Below, one piece after another: positions 1 through 9,936 of a stretch of DNA of 64,000 nucleotides. Under the pieces are notes generated by a model. It worked only from the letters and a program-made list of their open reading frames with translations, did not search any database and was not told where the DNA came from. The position numbers were made by a program, and so were the translations under genes. Origin of the DNA: an uncultured Candidatus Rokubacteria bacterium (GTDB lineage Bacteria; Methylomirabilota; Methylomirabilia; Rokubacteriales; DASRDR01). The number at the start of each line of letters is the position of its first letter. Position 1 is the first letter of the stretch. The DNA is taken from the NCBI GenBank assembly GCA_963708025.1, contig CAVPSB010000025.1:288001-352000 (forward strand), given 5' to 3'.

Positions 1-78
1 TGATGTCGCGCGCTCGTGTCGATAGTTGTAGATGACCGTCGCAGTCTTCATGTGGTGTCAGTCACCAATCACCCCAGG

Positions 79-3000
79 TCACGCGTCGAGCTCAGTCAGG
101 AGGGCCTTCGCCGCGCGCAGGTCGCGCGTGTCGAAGCCTTCGGTGAACCAGCCGTAGACGTCGGCGAGCTCGCGCCGTGCCTGGTCGCGCCGGCCCCGCG
201 TGGCGAGCAGCCGCGCCAGGCTCGTCGCCGCGCGCAGCTCGAGGGACTTCTCCGAGCGGCGGCGCGCGATGTCGAGGGCGGTGCGGAAGCATCGCTCGGC
301 CGCCTCGTCGTTGCCGGTCGCCTCCTGCAGCAGGAGCTCGCCCTCGAGGCGGCACACCTCGGCCGCCAGGAATCCGTGACGACCCGCCTCGACGATCGAC
401 GCGAGCGCCCGGCGTCCCTCGGCGGGATGGCCCGCCTCGTGACCGAGCTCGGCAAGGACGCAGAGGCAAAAGGTCTGGCGCCACACGGCGGTGCGGACCT
501 GCATGAGCCGGCGGTGCAGGTCGGCGAGCGCGTCGGCGTCGAGGCGCGCGGCCGCCGTGACGTGGGGAACGACGACGGTGGCGTCGCCCCACGGCGCGAA
601 CCCGTGGGCGTCCACGAGCGCGCGCATGCGCTCCACGCTCTCGGCAGCCGCCTCGCGCTCGCCTCGCTGGTAGTGCAGCCACGTTGCGAACCACAGGGCG
701 ATCGTCGTCGTCTGCGGATGTCGGAGCTCGTCCGCGAGGCGCTGCGCGTCGCGCAGGTGCTCGACGGCACGATCGGGATACCCGAGCAGCCAGCGCGCGG
801 CGGCGAGCTGGTAGCGGCAGCACGCGCCGGGGTCGTGACCGGCGTAGAGGACCGCCTGCGAGGCGTGACGCTCTCGCTGATACAGGGCGATCCCGCGCTC
901 CATGTGCGGAACGGCAGCGGCCGCGTCGCCCATGGCGACGAGCGTCGGCCACAGCGCGTGGTGCGCCTCCACGAGCCGCCCGGTGTCCTCGCCGGTGCGC
1001 GCGTCGTCGAGCAGGCGCTGGCCGGCCTCGCGCGCCGCGCGGTAGCGCCCGCACGTGTAGTCGACGAACCACAGCCCCCAGAGCACCGGGAACCGACGTG
1101 TCGTGTCGCCGAGCCGCTCGACGAGCTCGAGCGCGCGGGTGTACACGACCTGCACCTCCGGCGCCACGGCGCTCTTGAGCACGATCAGCGCCGGCCCCAG
1201 CGCGACGTGGACGTCGAGCGCCGACGAGAGCCGCTCCGCAGTCTCCGGCAGCCCGCCGAGGACGCCGAGCGCCGCCTCGAAGAACTCGACGGCCTCGCGC
1301 GTGGCCGAGCGTCCCACGGATTTCTCGCCGGCGAGGTGCAAGTACCGCACGGCCTTGTCGGCGAGACCCCCCCGGACGGCGTGGTGGGCGAGGACTTCGA
1401 CCTGCTCGGTCAGCCGGTCGGCGTGCAGCCGCTCGATCGTCTCCACGAGCGCGGCGTGGAGGGCGCGCCGCCGATCGTGCAGCACGCCGCCGTAGGCGAC
1501 CTCTTGGGTGAGCGCGTGCTTGAACGTGTACTCGAGGTCGGGAAAGAGGCGCGTCTCGTACAGGAACTCCGCCCGTCTGCAGCTCACCCAGCGCCGCCCT
1601 CAGCTCGTCGCCTGCCTGCTCGACGATCGGCTCGATCAGCGCGAGGGCGACGTCCTTGCCCACGACGGCGGCGGCCTGCAGCAGCCGCTTGAGCTCGGGC
1701 GACAGGCGATCGATGCGCGCCGCCAGGATCGCCTGCACCGTCGCCGGGATCTGCAGCGCCTCCACCGGCCGCGCCAGCCGGTACGCGCCGGGCTCGCCGA
1801 CGAGCCCGCCGCTCTCGGCGAGCGCGCGCACGCTCTCCTCGAGGAAGAGCGGGTTGCCTTCCGTGCGCTCGATCAGCACGGCCTTCAGCGGTCGCACGGA
1901 GGCGTCGTCGCCGACGAGCGCTTGGAGCAGCTCGTCGGCGTTCTCCGGCGGGCAGCGGGTCGATGCGGAGCTGCCGGTAGTACGTCTTGCTTCCCCAGCC
2001 GTGCCGGTACTCGGGCCGGTAGTTCACCGCGAGCAGGATGGGCGCCGTCGGCAGGCTCTCGACGAGCCCGTCGAGGAAGCCCTGCGTCTCGCCGTCGATC
2101 CAGTGCAGGTCTTCGAACAACAGCACCAGTGGCTGCACGCGGCTCTCGCACAGGAGCAGGCGCCTGGCGCCGTCGACGGCGCGCGCGCCGTCGCAGCGCG
2201 GGCTCGAGAGCCAGAAAGGCGTCGTCGACCGGTAGCGCGTCGAGCAGCCACGACACGGCGGGCACCGCGTCCTCGAGCTTGCGGTCGAGCGTCAGCATCG
2301 TGCCGGTCACCTTCGCGCGCACGCTCCGCGTGTCGTCGCGATCCTCGATGCGGAAGTAGCCGCGGAGCAGATCCGCGAGCGGCAGGAACGGCGTTGCCTT
2401 GCCGTAGGAGACGGAGCTGGCTTCGCGCACCAGCCAGCCGTGCGTGCGGTGCGAGTGGACGAACTCGTGGAAGAGACGCGACTTGCCGACGCCCGGCTCG
2501 CCCACCACGGCGACCAGCTGGCCGCGGCCGCCCTTCGCCTGCTCGGCCGCCTGACGGATCTGCTCCATCTCCGCGTCTCGCCCGACGAAGCGCGTGAACC
2601 CCCGCGCGCGCGCCGCCTGCAGCCGCGTCCGCACCGCGGCGGCACCGAGCAGCTCGAAGACCTCCACCGGCTCGGCGACGCCTTTCATCGGAATCGGCCC
2701 GAGCGGCTTCACCTGCACGAAGCCCTCGGCCAGCCGTAGCGTCTCCGCGGTCAGCCGGATCGTTCCCGGCAGCGCCAGCTGCTCCATCCGCGCGGCGAGA
2801 TGCGTCGTCTGCCCTACCGCCGTGTAGTCCATGCGCAGGTCGCTGCCGATCGTGCGCACGAGCACGTCGCCCGAGTTGAGCCCGGCGCGCGCCTGCACCT
2901 CGATCCCCTGCGTGCGTCGCAGCTCCTCGGTGTAGCGACGGATCGCGTCCTGCATGCGGAGCGCGGCGTAGCAGGCGCGGACGGCGTGATCCTCGTGGGC

Positions 3001-3447
3001 CAGGGGCGCGCCGAAGAGCGCCATGATCCCGTCGCCCATGACCTGATTCACGGTGCCTTCGTAGCGGTGGACCGCCTCCATCATCCGCTCGAGGACCGGA
3101 TCGAGGAGCTTGCGGGCCTCCTCCGGGTCGCGCTCGGCGAGCAGCTCCATCGAGCCCTTGATGTCCACGAAGAGCACGGTGACCTGCTTGCGCTCACCTT
3201 CGAGCGCCGTCCGCGACGTGAGGATCCGGTCGGCCAGGTGCCGCGGCGTGTAGGCGCCCGGCGACGCGAACCGCGGCGGCGAGGCGGCGTCGTCCGCCGC
3301 GAGCCGCGCGCCGCAGCTGTTGCAGAACCGGCTGCCGGCAGGATTGGACTCTCCGCACGTCGCGCAGGTCGCGACGAGCCGGCCGCCGCAGCCGTTGCAG
3401 AACCGCGCCTCGGGAGGATTGTCCTGACGACACTGGGGGCAGGTCAT
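79..3447 (-). CDS. Class III adenylate/guanylate cyclase with double zinc ribbon, AAA ATPase and TPR region (frameshifted near 2180, 1950 and 1575; probably sequencing errors)
   Basis: MTCPQC..CNGC..CATC..CNSC zinc ribbons; ERKQVTVLFVDIKGS and GDGIMALFGAP cyclase motifs; Walker A GEPGVGKSRL; FEDLHWID; TEGNPLFLEE; C-terminal SLELRAATSLARL..FTEGFDTRDL. Pieces lie in ORFs 1885-3501, 1584-2138, 92-1897 and 79-1587. Confidence 0.9.
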
Positions 3448-3608
3448 TGGCGGAGCCCGGGCGCGGCGCAAGTCCAGGTCAGGGCACCCGCCTTCGCGCA
3501 CACTTGCGCATGGACCTCGAGCTCAGCCCCGAGCAGCTCTCCGCTGACGGGTCGGCGCTCGTGCGCGGTCAGCCGTCTGGCGCACTGCTTCCCACGCGTC
3601 ACGCACGC

Positions 3609-4475
3609 TCACGTTGGCGGATAGAAGGCCGGATTGAACCGCCGCGCGCAGAGCCCTGTTGCCCGCGACAGGTCGATGTCGTGCACCAACAACTGCTCCT
3701 GGCCATAGGGAACGTAGGCCAGACAGTCCCCGTCCGGGCCGAGCAGGCTGGTCGCGGACTCCTGGTAGCGCATCGCGTAGTTGACACTGGCGAAATAGAT
3801 GGTGTTCTCGACGCTGCGCGCCACCATCGCCTTCTCATAGTAGGGCGAGCTCGGGTCACACCAGCGATCGATGGTCACGCCGGTGCGGTCGCTTCCCGTG
3901 AGCTGCGGGTGAAAGACCAGACGAGCACCGCGGGTGGCCGCCCATCGTACACTCTCGGGGTAGCGCCATCCCTCGTGGCAAATGGCAATACCAAACGGGA
4001 CGCCTTCGACCTCGAACAGCCGCCGCCGTCCGTCGGGCACGTAGAACGGCTCTTCCTCGAGCGGGATCTGGTTCTTCGCCTGACAGCCCACGATCGCGCC
4101 GTCACGCGAGATGACGAACGCCACGTTGTGCAGCCCAGCGGCGGATTCCCATTCCATTCCGACGACGACGGCCACGCCGTGCCGCTGGGCCGCGGCACGA
4201 ATCTCCTCGAGCGCCGCTTGCTGGCGGCGTTGGTCAGGGGGCGGGACGGAAAAGTCCTGGCCTCGCAATCCGGGGATGTAGGTCTCCGGGAAACAGACGA
4301 TGGCCGCACCCTGCGCGCCAGCGTCCTCCAGGAAGAGGTCGACCGTTCGGAGCCGCTCCTCGACGGACGGCGCATTCCGCGCGGCCGCCAAACCGATGCG
4401 TAAGCTCGAGTTCGCGTTCGTCCGTCCCATTGGCCTGCCCGCCTCCAGATCCGCAGCCCTGGAGGTAGTCGACAT
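3609..4475 (-). CDS. Carbon-nitrogen hydrolase (nitrilase superfamily); start uncertain (4475 or 4430)
   Basis: Catalytic E-K-C triad motifs IVCFPETY, QAKNQI and GIAICHEG. Confidence 0.88.
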   Translation of the reverse strand: MSTTSRAADLEAGRPMGRTNANSSLRIGLAAARNAPSVEERLRTVDLFLEDAGAQGAAIVCFPETYIPGLRGQDFSVPPPDQRRQQAALEEIRAAAQRHGVAVVVGMEWESAAGLHNVAFVISRDGAIVGCQAKNQIPLEEEPFYVPDGRRRLFEVEGVPFGIAICHEGWRYPESVRWAATRGARLVFHPQLTGSDRTGVTIDRWCDPSSPYYEKAMVARSVENTIYFASVNYAMRYQESATSLLGPDGDCLAYVPYGQEQLLVHDIDLSRATGLCARRFNPAFYPPT

Positions 4476-4668
4476 GAAGCCCCTTCTCGGCCGGCCCCTT
4501 CCAAGGGGGGCTGGCGGACCAAACCCGCTCCGCCCCGATGGTGCGCGGCCGGCGCGGGCCGTGTCAAGGGCGGCACCTGGCGGGGGGGCGGCACCCGCCG
4601 CGCCCCCGACGCAGGGACCGTCGAAGGGGAAGGTCATGCTTCGAGTGACAGCGGCGGCCATCCCCCGC

Positions 4669-4722
4669 TTGACAGGCCGCGCACCGATTTAGTATCAATT
4701 AAGGCAGTTCAGCATCCCTGAA
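4669..4722 (+). promoter_or_regulatory. Probable sigma70 promoter of the hcr/box operon with downstream palindromic operator
   Basis: TTGACA at 4669-4674, AT-rich TAGTATCAAT at 4690-4699, palindrome TTCAG-N5-CTGAA at 4708-4722. Confidence 0.55.
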
Positions 4723-4743
4723 TTCGAGACCCGGAGCCTGCGA

Positions 4744-5223
4744 ATGCGGATCCTGCTGTCCCTGAACGTCAACGGCGAGGCCCACGAGGTGGCCGTGGCC
4801 GTGCACAAGACGTTGCTGGAGGTGCTGCGGGAGGACCTCGGGCTGACGGGGACGAAGCACGGGTGCGAGCTGGGGGAGTGCGGGACCTGCACGGTGCTGG
4901 TGGACGGGGAGCCGGTGCTGTCGTGCCTGGCGCTGCCGGTGGAGCTGGAAGGCTCGGAGATCCTGACGGTGGAGGGGATGGCGGGGGCGGGGGGGCTGCA
5001 CCCGCTGCAGCAGGCGTTCGCGGAGCTGGGGGCGGCGCAGTGCGGGTACTGCACGCCAGGGATCCTCTTGACCGCGAAGGCGCTCCTCGACACCGAGCCG
5101 CGGCCGACGCGGGACGGGATCCGGGCGGCGCTGGCGGGGAACCTCTGCCGCTGCACCGGGTACACGAAGATCCTGGATGCGGTGGAGCTGGCGGCGGGCC
5201 GGCTCGCGAAGGCCCGAGCATGA
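4744..5223 (+). CDS. hcrC: 2x[2Fe-2S] subunit, xanthine oxidase family; 4-hydroxybenzoyl-CoA reductase gamma subunit
   Basis: TGTKHGCELGECGTCTVL, QCGYCTPG and GNLCRCTGY motifs; context with hcrA/hcrB. Confidence 0.85.
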   Translation: MRILLSLNVNGEAHEVAVAVHKTLLEVLREDLGLTGTKHGCELGECGTCTVLVDGEPVLSCLALPVELEGSEILTVEGMAGAGGLHPLQQAFAELGAAQCGYCTPGILLTAKALLDTEPRPTRDGIRAALAGNLCRCTGYTKILDAVELAAGRLAKARA

Positions 5224-7640
5224 GTGACCGCGAGCTGTCCGTCGTCGGGAAGCCGCTGCCGAAGGTGGATGCTTGGGCGAAGGTGACCGGGGAGACCCGG
5301 TTCGCCGACGACCTGGTACTGCCGCGGATGGCCTACGCGAAGATCCTGCGCGGCCAGCATCCCCACGCGCTGATCCGGAAGATCGACACGAGCCGGGCGG
5401 CGGCCCTTCCCGGCGTCTATGCCGTCATCACGGGGCGGGACTTCGCGCCGGTGAAGTTCGGGATCATGCCGGTGAGCCAGGACGAGGAGCCGCTCTGCCT
5501 GGAGAAGATCCGGTTCGTGGGAGACCCGGTGGCGGCGGTGGCGGCACAAGACGAAGAGACCGCCGAGCGGGCGATGCACCTGATCGACGTGGAGTACGAG
5601 CCGCTCCCGCCGCTGATGTCGATCGACCAGGCGCTCAAAGAGGGAAGCCACCGCATCCACGAGTACGGCGACGGCCACAACATCCACAAGCTGGTCTCGC
5701 TGGAGTTCGGCGACGTGGAGGAAGGCTTCCGCGAGGCGGACCTGGTGCGGGAGGACGTCTTCTTCTTCGAGGGGAACACGCACCTCCCGATGGAGCAGCA
5801 CGCGGCGCTGGCCCACGCGACCCTCGACGGCAAGGTGACCCTCTGGTCCTCGACCCAGACGCCGCACTACGTCCACCGCGCGGTGTCGAAGGTCCTCCAG
5901 CTCCCGATGAGCCACGTCCGGGTGATCGCGACCCCGAACGGCGGCGGCTTCGGTGGGAAGTCGGACCCCTTCAGCCACGAGATGGTGGTCTGCCGGCTGG
6001 CTCAGCTCACCGGACGGCCGGTGAAGACGACGCTGACCCGCGAGGAGGTCTTCTACACCCACCGCGGCCGCCACCCGGTGCTGATGTGGATCAAGTCGGG
6101 GGTGCGGAAGGACGGCGCGCTGCTGGCGATCCAATTCCGCTCCTTCCTGGACGGCGGGGCCTACGGCTCCTACGGCGTGGCCTCGACCTTCTACACGGGC
6201 GCGCTCCAGACGGTGACCTACAAGGTCCCGCGCTACAAGTTCGAGGGCTGCCGGGTCTTCACCAACAAGCCGCCGTGCGGCCCCAAGCGCGGCCACGGGA
6301 CGCCGCAGCCGCGCTTCGCCCTGGAGGTCCACCTGGACAAGATCGCCGAGCAGCTCGGCCTCGACCCGGCCGAGATGCGGCGGCGCCACGCGGTGGACGA
6401 GCATACCAAGACGGTGAACCACCTCACGATCACGACCTCGGGCCTCCGCGAGTGCCTGGACCGCGTGGTCGAGGCCTCGGGCTGGCGGGGCAAGCACGGT
6501 CAGCTCCCGGCCGGGCGCGGCATCGGGATCGCCGCCTCCTCCTACATCTCGGGGGCAGGGCTCCCGATCTACTGGAACGACATGCCGCACTCGGGCGTCA
6601 TGCTGAAGATCGACCGGGGCGGCGGGGTGGCGGTCTTCTGCGGCTCGACGGACATCGGCCAGGGCTCGGACTCGGTGCTGGCCTACGTAGTGGCCGAGGT
6701 GCTCGGCATCCGGCCCGAGGACATCCGGGTGGTGACGGCGGACACCGACCTGACGCCGGTGGACCTGGGCTCCTACTCCTCGCGGGTGACCCTGATGACC
6801 GGGAACGCCGCCAAGGAGGCGGCGGAGAAGCTGCGCGGCCAGCTCCTCGACGCGGCGGCGAAGAAGCTCGAGGTCTCGCCGGCCGACCTCGAGGCGCGCG
6901 ACCGGCGGATCTTCGTCCGCGATGACCCGGCCCGGGGGCTCGCCTTCGACGAGGCGGCGCGGCTGGCCGAGGCCGCCTACGGCACGCTCGTCTCGGCCGG
7001 CTCCTACACGCCGCCGAAGCGGGCCGCGAAGTTCAAGGGCGCGGGGGTGGGGCCGACGCCAGCCTACTCCTACTCGGCGTGCGTGACGGAGCTCGAGGTG
7101 GACCCGGGTACGGGGGAGATCCGGGTCGACCGGATCTGGATCGCCCACGACGGGGGGACGGCGATCAACCCGCTGCTGGTCGAGGGCCAGGTCGAGGGCT
7201 CGATCTACATGGGGCTCGGCGAGGTGCTGATGGAGGAGCAGGTCTTCCGCCACGGGCTCCACAAGATCCCCTCGCTGCTGGAGTACAAGAGCCCGACCAC
7301 GCTGGAGACGCCGGAGATCACGACGATCCTGGTCCAGACCCGCGACCCCGAGGGGCCGTTCGGGGCGAAGGAGGCGGGGCAGGGACCCCTCCTCCCGATC
7401 ATCCCGGCGGTGGCCAACGCGATCCACGATGCGGTGGGCGTGTGGATCGACGAGGTCCCGATCACGCCGGACAAGATCCTGAAGGCGCTCGACCTGAAAG
7501 CCAAGGGCCGGCCGCCGCGGGTCGGCCCCGAGCGCCTCCCCGACGTCCGCTTCCCGGAGCCGATCCGGGTGCCACCGCCGTGGGTGGACCCCGAGGGCCG
7601 GGCCTCGACGGCGATCCACAAGGAGACGCCGCGGCCATGA
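5220..7640 (+). CDS. hcrA: Molybdopterin-binding large subunit; 4-hydroxybenzoyl-CoA reductase alpha-like
   Basis: MSDRELSVVGKPLPKVD start overlapping the hcrC stop (ATGA); GGGFGGK, RGHGTPQ, DIGQGS, GSYSSRVT and GAKEAG motifs. Confidence 0.85.
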   Translation: MSDRELSVVGKPLPKVDAWAKVTGETRFADDLVLPRMAYAKILRGQHPHALIRKIDTSRAAALPGVYAVITGRDFAPVKFGIMPVSQDEEPLCLEKIRFVGDPVAAVAAQDEETAERAMHLIDVEYEPLPPLMSIDQALKEGSHRIHEYGDGHNIHKLVSLEFGDVEEGFREADLVREDVFFFEGNTHLPMEQHAALAHATLDGKVTLWSSTQTPHYVHRAVSKVLQLPMSHVRVIATPNGGGFGGKSDPFSHEMVVCRLAQLTGRPVKTTLTREEVFYTHRGRHPVLMWIKSGVRKDGALLAIQFRSFLDGGAYGSYGVASTFYTGALQTVTYKVPRYKFEGCRVFTNKPPCGPKRGHGTPQPRFALEVHLDKIAEQLGLDPAEMRRRHAVDEHTKTVNHLTITTSGLRECLDRVVEASGWRGKHGQLPAGRGIGIAASSYISGAGLPIYWNDMPHSGVMLKIDRGGGVAVFCGSTDIGQGSDSVLAYVVAEVLGIRPEDIRVVTADTDLTPVDLGSYSSRVTLMTGNAAKEAAEKLRGQLLDAAAKKLEVSPADLEARDRRIFVRDDPARGLAFDEAARLAEAAYGTLVSAGSYTPPKRAAKFKGAGVGPTPAYSYSACVTELEVDPGTGEIRVDRIWIAHDGGTAINPLLVEGQVEGSIYMGLGEVLMEEQVFRHGLHKIPSLLEYKSPTTLETPEITTILVQTRDPEGPFGAKEAGQGPLLPIIPAVANAIHDAVGVWIDEVPITPDKILKALDLKAKGRPPRVGPERLPDVRFPEPIRVPPPWVDPEGRASTAIHKETPRP

Positions 7641-7725
7641 TGCGGCTGCCGCCGTTCACCTACCTCGCCCCGAAACGGCTCGACGAGGCGGTGCGCCTCC
7701 TCGCCGAGCACGGCCCGGCCGCGAT
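7624..7725 (+). repeat. Direct repeat copy 1 (102 bp, hcrA end and hcrB start); copy 2 at 8670-8771
   Basis: Identical to 8670-8771 except A7674/G8720; offset 1046 bp. Confidence 0.95.
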
Positions 7726-7747
7726 TCGGACGCTCGAGCAGCCGTGA
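7637..7747 (+). pseudogene. Truncated duplicate of the hcrB 5' end (36 aa)
   Basis: MMRLPPFTYLAPKRLDEAVRLLAEHGPAA, then diverges to IRTLEQP*. Confidence 0.85.
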
Positions 7748-7750
7748 GCG

Positions 7751-8338
7751 ATGCGCGATCGGCGGCCTCTCGTCGTGGTGATCGCCGGCCCCAACGGCGC
7801 CGGCAAGACGACGCTGGCGCCGCGTCTCCTGCAGGATGCGCTGACAGTGGCGGAGTTCGTGAACGCGGACCCCATCGCGATGGGGCTCTCCGCCTTTCGA
7901 CCGGAGTCGGTGGCGATGGCAGCCGGACGACTGATGCTCGCGCGCATGAAGACGCTGGCCAGGACGCGCCAGGAGTTCGCCTTCGAGACGACGCTGGCCA
8001 GCCGCAGCTTCGCGCCGTGGCTCACGGGCCTGCAGGCGTCGGGTTACCGCGTGCACCTCGCCTTTCTCTCGCTGTCACATCCCGACCTGGCCGTGGCCCG
8101 GGTGGCAGAGCGGGTGCGACAGGGGGGCCACGACGTGCCTGAACCCGTCGTGCGACGGCGCTTCGCGGCCGGGCTCAGGAATTTCTTCACCATGTACCGG
8201 GACGTGGCCGACACGTGGCGGATGTTCGACAACTCGGCGGCGAGCGGCCCTCGTCTGATCGCAGCGGGCGGGGCCGGGCAGGCGGTACAGGTCCTCGATG
8301 CCGGAGCCTGGGCCGGTCTGCTGGAGGGGCAGCGATGA
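7751..8338 (+). CDS. Zeta-toxin-like P-loop ATPase/kinase (COG4185-type)
   Basis: VIAGPNGAGKTT, FVNADPIA, FAFETTLA, RVAERVRQGGHDVPE and FDNS motifs. Confidence 0.85.
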   Translation: MRDRRPLVVVIAGPNGAGKTTLAPRLLQDALTVAEFVNADPIAMGLSAFRPESVAMAAGRLMLARMKTLARTRQEFAFETTLASRSFAPWLTGLQASGYRVHLAFLSLSHPDLAVARVAERVRQGGHDVPEPVVRRRFAAGLRNFFTMYRDVADTWRMFDNSAASGPRLIAAGGAGQAVQVLDAGAWAGLLEGQR

Positions 8339-8686
8339 CCACGTCGGGTGATCCCGAAGTGGACCCGCTCGATCGCGTCGAGGATCTGCCGCGCATCATG
8401 AAGGCCATGACGAGCTGCGGTTCGCGAGGCGCTGCTGCGCCACAAGCTGCTGGGGAATCCGGTCGCGGTCTGGCGTGACGGGCGCGTCGTGTGGCTGGCG
8501 CCCGAGGAAATCCCGGTGGATTTCGACGACGAGCCGGACGAGCCGGACCGCGAGCCGCCGCCGGTCTCCGAAGCCCGGGCCTCTACGGTCGTCGACGCCG
8601 GCAAGGACCGCCGACCCCCAGGTGGGGGGGTTCAGGGGGGGAGTGGTTGGGACTCCCCCCCTGATGGACAGACGCCGCGGCCATGA
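8335..8686 (+). CDS. Small partner protein of the P-loop gene (putative antitoxin); one frameshift near 8416
   Basis: After frame correction it reads MTTSGDPEVDPLDRVEDLPRIMKAM..AVREALLRHKLLGNPVAVWRDGRVVWLAPEEIP; ATGA overlaps with neighbours at both ends. Confidence 0.65.
8615..8664 (+). repeat. Palindromic repeat family B, copy B1
   Basis: CCCCCAGGTGGGGGGG head followed by a perfect 13-bp stem TCAGGGGGGGAGT/ACTCCCCCCCTGA; ends match 48611-48725 (reverse). Confidence 0.8.
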
Positions 8687-8771
8687 TGCGGCTGCCGCCG
8701 TTCACCTACCTCGCCCCGAGACGGCTCGACGAGGCGGTGCGCCTCCTCGCCGAGCACGGCCCGGCCGCGAT
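8670..8771 (+). repeat. Direct repeat copy 2 (102 bp)
   Basis: 101/102 identical to 7624-7725. Confidence 0.95.
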
Positions 8772-9732
8772 GGTGGTGGCGGGGGGGACCGACCTCTACC
8801 CCAACATGAAGCGGCGCCAGTTCGAGCCGACCGTCCTGGTCGGGCTCCGTGGCATCCGCGACCTGGCCGGCATCGCCGGGAGCGCGCGCGAGGGCATGAC
8901 GATCGGCGCCGGCGCCACGCTGACCCGTGTCGCGGAGCACGCGGAGATCGCCACGCACTACCCGGCGCTGGCCCGGGCGGCCGGCGTGGTCTCGACGCCC
9001 CAGCTCCGCAACATGGGGACGCTCGGCGGCAACGTGTGCGTGGACACGCGCTGCAACTACTACAACCAGTCCTTCGAGTGGCGGAAGTCGATCGGCTTCT
9101 GCATGAAGAAGGACGGCGACATCTGTCTGGTCGCGCCGGGGAGCCCCCGCTGCTGGGCGGTGTCGTCGTCGGACACGGCGCCGGTGCTGTGGAGCCTGGG
9201 TGCCGAGGTGACGCTGGCCGGCCCGCAGGGCGAGCGGCGGATCCCGATCTCGGCGCTCTACCAGGACGACGGCATCCAGTACCTCCGGAAGACGCCGGAC
9301 GAGATCGTGAGCGACATCCGGCTCCCCCCAATGACGACAAATGACGGCTGGCGGGCGACCTACTGGAAGCTCCGCCGCCGGGGCGCCTTCGACTTCCCGG
9401 TCCTGGGCGTGGCGGCCGCGGTGCGGCTAGAGGGCGACGTCTGCCGGGAGGCGCGGATCGTGCTCGGCGCGGTGGCCTCGACGCCCCGCGAGGCGCCGGA
9501 GGCCGCGGCGGCGCTGGCCGGCCAGCGGCTAACCCCCGAGGTGATCGAGCGCGCGGCCGACCTGGCGGCCCGGCCCTCGAAGCCGCTCGACAACACCGAC
9601 ATGGTCTACCACTACCGGAAGAAGGTGACGCGCGTCTACGTGGCACGGGCCCTGAAGGAGTTGGCCGGCCTGCCGCTCGACGGCGTCTGGCCGCCGGGCA
9701 TGTCGGCCCGCCCCGTCGAGGAGGGCCGGTAG
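8683..9732 (+). CDS. hcrB: FAD-binding subunit with [4Fe-4S] insertion; 4-hydroxybenzoyl-CoA reductase beta
   Basis: AGGTDL and RNMGTLGGN motifs; Cys-rich insert DTRCNYYNQS.EWR...FCMKKDGDICLVAPGSPRCWA characteristic of HcrB. Confidence 0.88.
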   Translation: MMRLPPFTYLAPRRLDEAVRLLAEHGPAAMVVAGGTDLYPNMKRRQFEPTVLVGLRGIRDLAGIAGSAREGMTIGAGATLTRVAEHAEIATHYPALARAAGVVSTPQLRNMGTLGGNVCVDTRCNYYNQSFEWRKSIGFCMKKDGDICLVAPGSPRCWAVSSSDTAPVLWSLGAEVTLAGPQGERRIPISALYQDDGIQYLRKTPDEIVSDIRLPPMTTNDGWRATYWKLRRRGAFDFPVLGVAAAVRLEGDVCREARIVLGAVASTPREAPEAAAALAGQRLTPEVIERAADLAARPSKPLDNTDMVYHYRKKVTRVYVARALKELAGLPLDGVWPPGMSARPVEEGR

Positions 9733-9933
9733 ATGGACGGGCTCGGCAGCATGTCGTTCCGCTGCGAGATCTGCCTGCGACTGGTCGGCGTGGCGGCAGC
9801 CGGTCGCTGTGCGAAGTGCGGGAAGATCATGTGCCGGCGGCATCTCTGGGGTGACTGTCCCGGCCACAGCCTGACCCGGCAGCTCCAGGGGGTCTGGCAG
9901 CGCACGATGCGGCGAATGAAGGAGCGGCATTGA
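9733..9933 (+). CDS. Small Cys/His-rich putative zinc-binding protein
   Basis: CEIC-x11-CAKC-x4-CRRH; fills the gap between hcrB and boxC exactly. Confidence 0.5.
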   Translation: MDGLGSMSFRCEICLRLVGVAAAGRCAKCGKIMCRRHLWGDCPGHSLTRQLQGVWQRTMRRMKERH

Positions 9934-9936
9934 GGC

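Noticed and set aside
1-51. Possible minus-strand gene start MKTATVIYNYRHERATS
   Set aside because: Only 17 codons are visible at the window edge; cannot be supported
1570-2200. Split cyclase/ATPase read as several genes
   Set aside because: The pieces join into one known architecture after about three indels
4685-4698. FNR box upstream of hcrC
   Set aside because: Only the ATCAA half-site is present; the left half reads CGATT, not TTGAT
7751-8338. Calling the P-loop gene a bona fide zeta toxin (UDP-GlcNAc kinase)
   Set aside because: It is shorter than canonical zeta/PezT and precedes its partner, and the activity cannot be inferred from sequence; kept as zeta-like
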